From Catajapyx aquilonaris (lineage: Eukaryota), in assembly GCA_000934665.2 (NCBI GenBank), contig KZ538308.1, forward strand, positions 1 to 64,000: DNA of 64,000 nucleotides, in the 5' to 3' direction. The first letter of the stretch is position 1, and every line of letters starts with the position of its first letter. A program made the position numbers and the translations under genes. The notes below the pieces were generated by a model, which saw only the letters and a program-made list of their open reading frames with translations, made no database searches and was not told the DNA's origin. Of the stretch, positions 1-10,363 are shown piece by piece.

Positions 1-530
1 CGTTATGTATGCGGATCCAACTCGATCCCGGAGTTAACCCCGACTCGCTCTCGACCCGGAGTTACTCAACCCCGCGATCTGAGCAGTCATTATGTATAAG
101 GCCTGCTCCCACTTTTGCCACTGCTACATGGGACTGACTATACCCCCGGGCACTACATGGGACCGAGGGAGTGAGCCGCCCGAAAATAGTCCCTACCATG
201 CCGGGCCATACTCCGCTCCTCACAGCAAAATGTGCAATATGTGTAGCTCTGCAGCTACCGCATGGGCTGCCCGTGATAATTAGGCAGTTGAATTACATGT
301 ACCAGCACTGTTTATTCGAGAAAGCCGCAGATACGGGGGGACTATTTTCGCGGCCATGTTGGAAAATCTGTCTGACTCCGGCTGGCTGAGTTAACCCTGC
401 TAGGGGAGCAGGGTCAACTCGACCCCGACTCGACTCCGCCGCGCGGAGTTAAACTCCCATTATGTATACGAACACGGACTCAACTCGCTCTCAACTCGGG
501 GTTAACTCTGACTCCGCGTTCGAAAATCCA
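1..530. mobile_element. Internally repetitive non-autonomous DNA-transposon-like element (possibly Harbinger-like MITE), truncated at window edge
   Basis: Recurring GAGTTAAC/GTTAACTC, AACTCG and TTATGTAT motifs (positions 1-70 resemble 458-510). Perfect 13-bp inverted repeat CGAAAATAGTCCC at 181-193 / 338-350. Ends GTTCGAAAATCCA next to TTAA. Family assignment is tentative. Confidence 0.4.
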
Positions 531-733
531 TTAAGGTTTATATGGGTGGAGTAGTTGGTAAGAGGGGCAAGGGTAGGCCTAGGAAGACATGGTTGGACCA
601 GGTGGGTCAGTGTCTTAAGGGTGTTGCTAGTGTTAAGCCGAGACGTTCTTGTGTCAATAGGACCATGGACGTGGCTGAGGCTAGGGTTGTTTGTTTGGAT
701 AGGTGTAAATGGCGTAGGTTAATTAATGGGTAA
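531..733 (+). mobile_element. 3' fragment of an RTE-clade non-LTR retrotransposon (LINE) ORF
   Basis: Translation KVYMGGVVGKRGKGRPRKTWLDQV...RRSCVNRTMDVAEARVVCLDRCKWRRLI resembles the typical RTE LINE C-terminus (GxRxxGRPRxxWxD ... DRxxWR). No RT domain is present in the window. Confidence 0.7.
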
Positions 734-823
734 ATAGGTAAATATGTCTGAGGATAAGGTGATGTCTGAGGTGGGCAGGGGTGGGGGGTGGGACAGGTTG
801 TTTTTAGGTTTATTCTCATGAGT

Positions 824-3800
824 TTTATTAGTTCATATGTTGGGTTAGCTTGCATCTCCCTTCATCGCTGACTACCCCTCATAGGGAAATGTCGTGATGT
901 TGTTGTTGTTGTTGGAGCCAATGAAGCGGGACAGTCGGATAATCGGGGTTCTGTTGTAGTTAATAAATAATTATACACAGTACTGCCGTTCATGCTGTTT
1001 GCAGCATATCTGGTCAGAGAGATAAGACACAAAATGTAACCCAGATTCACGAGATGAATGGCATATCAAATGCATATGCACGTCTAGTTGTGCATTATGA
1101 TGCATCCGTCCTGACATTATTAGTAACTAACAGTTAGGAAGGCCACCTCTGGACTATAGAGAATTATGTACTTACATGCAATATATCAAATGAGATGCAC
1201 AGGCAGACCTCCAACAGGCTGCAAAACAGTGTGAGGAAGCGAGGGTAATAAAAGATGAACAAATGCCCTTTGGAGGGAATATAAAGGAACAAATACTTCC
1301 TTTTATATAGATATATATCTCTATATATATAATTCATGAACATACTGTCACATACACAAAGAAATTACAAAGCGACAAAGAACAACGGAAGGGTCCAAAC
1401 AAGTGGTGCCGATGATGCCCACAATTGTAACATGTCCCCAAAGGCTTTTCACTTATGAGTAGTAGTAATAATTATTATAGCACTTCCATAGCAAGGACAA
1501 TGATAAAAGAATTAGAAACTAGGCAGAAAAAACTGCTTCTGGCATTAAAACTAAACTTGCAAAAAAATTGCATTACACTTCTTTACGTCCAAAGAGCTTG
1601 GATGGCATAACAATAGTAAAAATAATAACAATAAAAGTAACAAGGATAACAATTGAAAACAGTGTGTGCAGGTTAAAACATCAGATGTGAATAAATTAAA
1701 AGATATGGCAATAGTAAAAGTAATTGAGCGGACTGCAGTGTGACCTGTGTGGATCCCAAAAATAACATGACAAAAAAAAAATTGCAGCAATAAATGACAA
1801 GAGAGAAATATCGGCAAAAATAATGTGAAGTACTGGAATTGTGATGAGAAGAAGCCTAGCAAAAATAGGATTAATGAAGCTGATTCTTTAATGCCTGTGT
1901 GTCGTTTGTACATAACACACATATACATTTACATCTCTTACAGCTAAGGTAAATATTATATGTCCCAGCATATATCTTTTCATCTATTCAAAGACAAATA
2001 ACAGAAAGGAAGTCATTTTTTTTTTCTCTTTTTTTATCTAGGTCGTCTTATTTGTTCCTTTGCTTCTTTGAGGGGAGGGAATAATGCTATGAATAAAGGC
2101 CAATCTCCTATCAATGTTCATAACATAATGAATCATGGAAAATACCTTTCTTTTTCGTTTCAAAATATACATAAAATATTTATATGTACACATCGTAACA
2201 ACACAAAAGCCCACACAAGAGGTTGGGCGGGGTAGTTATAAGGATTTACACATAAACATGAACCAAATGGGCCATTTACAATGACCACCAAAGGGGGGGG
2301 AGGAAAATTGCACCATGTTTTCTGACTAAAACTTCCAATCAACCAACCAAAACAGAGCCATGTAAGTGTACTAAGAGTGACTAGAACTTTACTTGACTTT
2401 GATTTTTAAAAAGCGCTGCCATGGAGCAAGTGAAGGGGCATGTTCCAACCACATCCTATTTCTTCCTAAGTCAATGTGGTGGATTGGGGAGGGATGGGTA
2501 AAAAAATTGAAAACATGTAAGTGCATAGCGTGTTTCGCCTGCGAAACACACAATTATTTTTTATTATTTAAATTCACATGTAATGTATAAGTGGAAATGT
2601 ATGGGATGCAATAAGATGATTTTTTTTTAAACAGTCACATCCCTGCACTTGCTCCATGTTTTTCTTCCATAATTAGCGCATTTATCATCGGCACTTACAG
2701 CTTGCAACAGCAATAATATTGACAATAACAATTAGCAATGATTCAATGAATGATAATTCATGCAGACAATAGCAAAAAGATGGGGGCAGGGTTGGTTACC
2801 TTCCCTTCAGTGAAACTCAGCTTCTCACTCTAAAATAGACAAGGGTATAATATATTATTAGGTCGCCATAAAGCCACAGGAGATTATATGTCCAGTTACT
2901 CTTGTACAGAGAAGCTAACATAACTTTTTTTAATACAGCATGTTTCATAATGAGGCTTATACTCGTATTGGTGAAATTTTTGCAGATGCTCTGGTGTCAA
3001 GTTAGTATTTCCAAGCCCACCAATTTGTGGTTGTCTGAAAGTGGACATTCACTTGCTCTCGAGCAGCTCAGGGGTCAACAGGACGTGAGCATACCTGACA
3101 TTTCTGCCAATACAAAAGCAACCTTAATTATGGAACACACAGAATAGTTAATACTGCTTTTGCCTATCACTACCAAGCATGCTGAAATTTATAACCACGT
3201 CACATGAACATACTCCCACTTGTAACATGAAAGCGGGAAGCTACTTGCACATGTAAACTTCAAATATATACCTCATAGACCGCCATAGCTTTACAGCTTG
3301 TATCCATCTCATCACTTGTAACAGAGCCTCTGCTAAACTCCAAGCCCGAAGTTTCAAATGTCAATAATAACGCCACAAGTGCAACAAATCTGCAGAGTAA
3401 TAAAAGGAATGCTGGCAATTTTTCAAAAAGGAAGATTACTGTGCCATAACTGGCATTTTGCACCACTGAGAAATATTTTCACTAACTAAATACACAGAAA
3501 TGCCAGGAAGCACTGATGTAGTGCACAGAAATATTCTCTTTGATTTCTGACTAATAACAGGATAGCTTGTAATAAGAGTCCTATAATATTCTCCAACGTA
3601 CAGAAAAAGCTACTGACAATGACAAAATGAAGATCATGAAATGCACAATTCCAATTTGTGCATTAAATCTACTTCAATTACACACTAAAGTGCACCTAAC
3701 ACTGAGAACAAGCTCCAAAAGTGCAAGATGTTAAAACCTTTGAAGTGCTTGGTAGTGACAGTGCAAAAACAGTCAAAACTCTCCTTCTGCACAAATGTGC

Positions 3801-5478
3801 ACACTGAATACACATCTAAATCTCTATATATCTCGGACAATCCATAAAACGAGTTCAACAGTGGCTTTCTTAATCGTTCCCCATTCTCAGGAGCAGAAAT
3901 GTGAGCCACTGAAGGGTTGGTCTCAGAAAAAACGATAGATTCAAGAAGTTGGGGGGGGAAGGAGGGAAAAGAGGGGGTTAGAAGGGGAATGGAGGGGAGG
4001 TTACTAAAGATTATTACCATACAATTACGACAAGAGGAATGTGTTGAAACACGAAACCCACCCTCAACCTTACCTCCCTCTCTACAAATCATCCCCCGAA
4101 AAACATAAGGAGTACAGAGGGTTGTGAGGGGCGGAGGAGGTAGCAATATGTCACAATGCTGCCATCCAATCACAACCATCCACCCAAAAAAAAAAAAGAG
4201 CACAAGTATTTGCACCACAGTTGTGCCTGCTGCAGTGTACTTTTCCTCCTCATTTTGTAACTTAAAACCAACCTCATAAAACCCCACCTTTCTACATCAG
4301 CATTTTTTTTTTGTTTATACGATTCTCTTTAACCCAAGTCTCTCCCTACATGAAAAATAAATGCTCTTCCATCAACTTTGCAGATCAACTTGCATTTATC
4401 ACAAACTCTCTTTAAAATCCAGTTAATCTATTCGATCTTGTCAGCATTTTCTCTATCTCACTCTCGCTCCCTTTTTCTCCTGCTCTTTCTCTCTCACTTT
4501 CACTCTCTTCCTCTCATTAAAAAAAAACATCCAAGGGGAAATAAAATCTACGCTATGTACAATTGTACACCCCAATGGCTAGTACAATATCTATGAAAAA
4601 AAAGGTACAAATACCTTCCTTTCCCACATTTTTTTTTTCTCCTGTCACATTTCCACCCCATTCCAAAGATGAAAAACAATGCGAAATTTTTAGAAAAAGA
4701 GGGAAATTAAAACTCTTCTGTCCCTGATCACATGCTTGTATCCCTACATAATATATAGATTAAAACACTTATTTTCAGTTTTACGATATATCAAAAATTG
4801 TGTGTATAATCCACAGGCAGTGGTTTCGTGGAAAAGGATTGAAACCAGCCAGCCCTTTTACTCCCTCTCCCTTGTTTGTTTGTGTTTTCTAAAGTTACCA
4901 CTAACTTTCTTTCACGGGGTTTGAAACCAGACGGCTCACAGTTTCCGTTGTGTTTGTCTTTGTTTTACTGTATGAAATAACATCAACAACAAGGGTCCAG
5001 AGAAATGCCCAATCTCTCTTTCCTCCCCCAATCGGAAAGAGACTCGATTTAATAACCGGGGCTGTTGAAAAATGGCAGCTTCTGTAGGGACTAAATCTGT
5101 CCGGATGCCACACACAAAAATGGTTCCATCTCTCCTTCTTCCTAAGATTCTTTCCCAGGTAAGTACCCCCATTCTACCGTTACAATAGTTACTATCTATA
5201 TTATCCAAAAACCCACCTGTGGTTGACTATTCGTCTTGCAGAAAAACATGTCCAACAAAGAGTTAAGCCGATCAACAGCTTGACCTATTTTTAACTATTT
5301 TTCCTTTCTTCCCAGAGTTCAGTAACTTGGTTGATTTGATCGACTGGATGGCAGACTGCTGGCAGGTTGAATAGTTGACGGTTTGTATTTTTTGTTGGGG
5401 GGAAGTTGTTGGATGCAACAATGGTGCACTTGTTTTTTGTTACATTTTGGTCCAAGTAGTTGGATTGTTCATGGCCTT
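824..5478 (-). other. HDAC4: Probable long AU-rich 3'UTR of HDAC4 with alternative poly(A) signals
   Basis: Non-coding and U-rich on the minus strand downstream of stop 5479. AATAAA on the minus strand at 2565-2560, 829-824 and 814-809. The true end is unknown. Confidence 0.45.
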
Positions 5479-5539
5479 TCACTTGCCCTCATCCTGGTCC
5501 ATGGGTTCCTCCAGTGGGCCCTGCTGGCAGTTGCTGGCA
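5479..5539 (-). CDS. HDAC4: HDAC4 terminal coding exon ((H)[19 protein letters not shown])
   Basis: Acceptor gtttgtttcag; phase matches the upstream CA|gtaagg donor. EEPMDQD resembles the class IIa C-terminal EEPM motif. TGA at 5481-5479. Confidence 0.85.
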
Positions 5540-8500
5540 CTGAAACAAACCATCTCAATTCTACACTCCATAATGACACCCTCATTTGCAAAAAGTGTCC
5601 AAAATGGCTTGAAGTTGTGCAGCTAATACATCATCTAGAAAAATTATTACTTTGTACAAAGGAATAAAAATCAATTCATGATTCTCAGCATTAACAGCTG
5701 AAAGTATTATGATGCTGCTGCTAAGAAACTGCACAAGCACACAAAAAACTACAAACGCAAAAAAAAAGCTATTTTTAAGGTATATGCCCTTACTGAATTG
5801 CCGCAGCAGCAGCCGCCTGATGTTGCATGGACAGTGACGCCATGGCTGACACAGTGTCAGACTCCTCCCTCTCCCTCTGGGTGGCTTCCAATGCTGAGCA
5901 AGCAGCCAGGTGGGCATACCTCTTGATGCACGGCCAGTGTGGTGCCTGGGCAGCCAGAGTGCCTCTCAGGGTTTCTACTGCATTGAGGCATGGCTGTCTC
6001 CTTAGCTCCTCCTCCCTAATAGGTACCAGGTCATCCCCCAGTAAAGCCTTCACACACTCTTGAGAAGCATCGCAGATAGCAGGCAGGTCATAACCACCTT
6101 CCAGAACCAGGACTACCTTTCCACCAGCCAGCTGCATCAGCTGGCGGGTCATGTATCCAAAACAAGCAGCAGTCACCTTGTAACCACCCAATGGTGCAGC
6201 ATGACCTGCGGCAGCATCAAACCCAGATGACACCAAGACAATGTCAGGATCAAAGTCCCTTGCTATGGGCATAATTATGGACCTAAGTACAGCCAAGTAT
6301 TCTGCATCCCCCATTGGAGGATTGAGGCCACCAGACCAGGCCACATTCACAGTGAAGCCTATCCCATCTTCATTACCACACTGTAAAAGAAAGAATTTTA
6401 TGCATTTGTAGCTTGTTACAATAGAATCAATGAAGATGCTTCTGAAAGTTTATGAGTTAAATTATGTCGTAAAGAAATTTTACCTCAGTGGGTGCTCCAG
6501 TCCCAGGGAAGAAATTCCCATCATCGTGTCTGTGTACTGACAGGTACAGAGTGTGGGGATCATCATAAAACATCTGCTGGGTCCCATTCCCATGATGAAC
6601 GTCCCAGTCCACAACCAGGATCTTTTCCAGCTTGAGCCTCTGTCGAAGCTGCTTAGCTGCAATTGCCACTGAGTTGAAGAAGCAGAATCCCATTGCTTGC
6701 GAGTGCTCTGCATGGTGTCCTGGAGGCCTCACGACACCAAACCCATTCTTGATCTCCCCAGTCGCAACCTTGAAAGCAAGCTCCACCACACATCCAACAG
6801 CCATTCGGGCAGCTGAAGCGGTGTGCAGCTCATTCCAGGTGGTGTCAGAGTCTACTCCAATACCCATGCATGGCAGACGCACAAAGCTCTTGATGGGTAG
6901 CTCAGCAAACTTGCTCATGTCCAGCTTTTGCCGGTTCAGAGGATTAGTGCCAAAGAGAAGCGTGTGGGCTTCACTGTGACAAGACTGGATCTCTTCTAAG
7001 GTGGCCTTCCTTGAGCGGATCTTTTCACAACGCTGGACCAGACCAGTTTCCTGGAGACGAGCCCATATGCTCTGCAGGCGCCCACCATGTTCTGGGTGGT
7101 TTGAGTTGTCCCCACAGATGCACTGATGCTTCAGCATCAAGCTGTAGTAAATTGTGAAAATGCGCTAGATGAGGGTGTCACATACCAAAAAATTATTACA
7201 AACTATAAATCTACGATGTGCCCTAAATAGGCTAACAGTAAGTCTGAAAGGTGTATAAAACAATAGGATTCCCCACAGCATGATATACAACAATGCAAAA
7301 TGTGTGACTAACCTGTCGAAGGCAACGCCAGTTCCAAATCCTAGCTTCCCACTGGAGTGCATGGCTGGCTCCTGAGGGCTACCAGTTGGACTCAGAGTCA
7401 CCAGGGGACTTGATAGGGCACGAGAAAGGGGCCTTGCCATGTGTGCCACACGAGGTGTGAATGCAGAACCTGGAAATTCACATTTTCAATTAGCAAGTGG
7501 GATTTAACAACATTATTTTTTTTTAAATTTTCTGGTGTAATGGCACTTACTTTCACTGACTTGTAGAGTGTGTCGCATCATGAGATCCCTCTGTTGCTGT
7601 AGGAACTGCTCCCTCTCTCTCTGCTGCCTGGCCATCTCACTCTCCTGCTGCTTGCTCCTGTCCGTCAAGTCAATCACTTCTGGCTGATGCTGCTGCTGGT
7701 GTGCATTCAGCATCTCCTGATGCTGCTGCCTTGCCACTTCCTCTTCCTCTGTACCCGCAGGACCTGTGGGCCCAGCCACATGGTTCTTGCTGCTGGCCCG
7801 GGTCAGCACAGTCTGCCTGATCTGTTGCCTCAGGAAGTGGTGCACCTGCTGCTGCTCGTACTGCTGCTTCTCTCTCAAGTACTCTCCATACTGCTGGGGT
7901 CCAAACGCAGCTGCCGCTGCCACACTCGCTGCAGCTGCAGCAGCTGCTCCAACTCCGGGAGCCACTGCCCCAACCCCAGCTCCTTGCAGCATGGGATGGC
8001 CCAGGGGCAGCGGGGCTGATTGGGTCCTGCCCAGGGGCCGGTGGCCTGACTTCCCCAGCCGAACCTGGGCTGCTTGTGCGTCTGTGATTGGACCTCCCAT
8101 TGGATACAAGGCGTGAATGCCTACCCTGCTTCCACTTGCAGCTTGTTCCAGAGCCTGCATTTGCTTGTGGATGAACGCAGGTGATGTAGGTCCACTGTAC
8201 TCGGGGTCCATTGCTATGCCAGAAGGTTGGAAGAAAAACACAAGCAAAATAACAGTAGGTCTACAAAGAGCGAGACAAATAATAGATTTCAGTATTTTCT
8301 TGAAGCCATATGTGCCAGTACGGTGTGGGTTATAATAAGCCGGGTAGGTCGTCCCTCACCCAATTTCCTAGAACTCCACATGGACCATAGGAAAAGCTAT
8401 AAATACTTGTCTATACTCAACGAGGTCAGGTTCCTTTTGTATTAGCACTGGCTGGCCTTTTGTTTACCAAGATGTTTACTATGCAATGATTCTCTTTGTT

Positions 8501-10300
8501 TTTTAAGTACGAAAATGAGTGCAACTAACCTGTGAGGGAATGGTAAAAGGGCATGGTTCCATGCAGCACCTGGCTTGACAATGGCATCCCAAGCCGGGCA
8601 GAGAAGGCTGCCTCCGATACCGTGGGCAGCTTGGAACCATCCTGCAAGTGCAATAATCGTTCACCAGTGTCCTCCACCATCCATGCATAAGCGTGCAAAG
8701 CACTTACACCAGAGCCTGAATGCATGGGTGGTCTGCCCAAGGAGATGTTGGGCATAGATGGACTGCTGTATAGGGTCAGGTCACTAATGCTGCCTTGACC
8801 ACCAGCCAGAGTTCCATACGGGGAAGAGCTTCCTTCCTGCAATGGCAAACAAAGGCGTCACAAACTATCTCTGAAAATGTGAGGAAGAGGCTGACCTCTT
8901 GGATGGGTGTGCTTCCACTGCTGGACCTGGAGGTAGGAATTGAGGCTCCGTTTGGAGGGGAGTTGGGGCCCGAGTCTGGAGTGCTGCTTGCAGTGTCGAC
9001 TGAAAGTACCACATGGAATAAGACATCAAAATCAACCAGGAAGAAAAACTTTCATCTTCCTAAGCACTTTCATTACAAATTTGTTAGAATGAATTTTAAC
9101 ACACTGAGTCAGCCAGATGCAAGTAAATATTCCAAGTCTTTGCATCCATGGGGTTACTTGATGCCAATATCACAAACAGCTGGAGTCAATAACATTTCAT
9201 GCTAAAACAAACATGCCATCCATTTTGGTATTAAGCATATAATAAGCTCTGACCCAGTGCGACATGTGCACTGTACCTGAAACAGAGGTCTTGATGACAA
9301 GACTGAACTGACTTGTGAAGTAATGAACATTCAAATGGAAGGAATGAAGGTTAGGTTTGGACAGATGCTTCATACTTGCTAGCTGGGACTTCCTCTTCAC
9401 AGGAGCCATGGGCCGGTCTTTCCTTCTCATCATAGGACTACTACGCCGATCTATCACCCTCTGCTTTAAACGCACTTTTAGTAGGTTTGGCTCTGAAGCT
9501 GCAAGGCGCATTCCGCAGGCATGAAATAAAACCATTTCACTCACTACAGCGTCACACCACAAAATGCAACACCGATATTGATTATGGTTATTATTATTAT
9601 TATAATTACTGTAAGTAATTATTAATTAATGTCATCACAGCCAAGCTGATTTTAGCTGTATCACATTTCCAATATATCTAACGCTTCCTTCGACAATTTC
9701 ACCAAGCCATTCAAATGAATGTAACAAACAAGATATGTTAAATTTTTTGTAAACAAGATATCGTTAGAAAAATTGTTAGTCACAACAAACTCATTCCAAA
9801 TCAACACTTGTTTTAATATCTGCTACTTTAATGGCAAAAAAATTACAACATATGTAGACAGTGCCCTTTCATCCGGTTTTCATCTCACATAATATGAAGC
9901 AGAATGCTAAAGGCCGGCTTTTAAAAAGTCTATAACGCGCCCATGGGGGCAAATCCAGATAATCCCTGGTGAGCGTATATTAACCAAGGGGGCTTCGGCC
10001 TTCCCTGGCCTTCCCTTTCCTTGCAATCCCATCCATCTCTGGCAAACGAGGCTCCTTATCGGGCCAGAGATGGACCGAAAATAATCTCAGTGGAGGATTC
10101 GGCAGCATTGGTCTACTCCATTTAACTTTCCACTTCAGATTCCTCCTTCCCTTCCTGTCCAATTTGCCAATAAACGTTACCCATTATTCGCCTCATCTCT
10201 TCTATTTTCTCCTGTAATTTTGTGAAATTCCTTCCTTCATCCAAATCACTCATTTTGGATTCCATCTGATACAAAAATACACATGGACATGCCAAGTCCA

Positions 10301-10363
<63 letters not shown>

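Noticed and set aside
1551..5208. Hydrophobic ORFs (e.g. 3685-4287, 200 aa) in the 3'UTR region
   Set aside because: Low-complexity translations of U-rich UTR; no recognisable domain.
5827..8335. Plus-strand ORFs of 70-116 aa overlapping HDAC4 exons
   Set aside because: Antisense shadows of GC-rich coding exons; no independent homology or splice logic.
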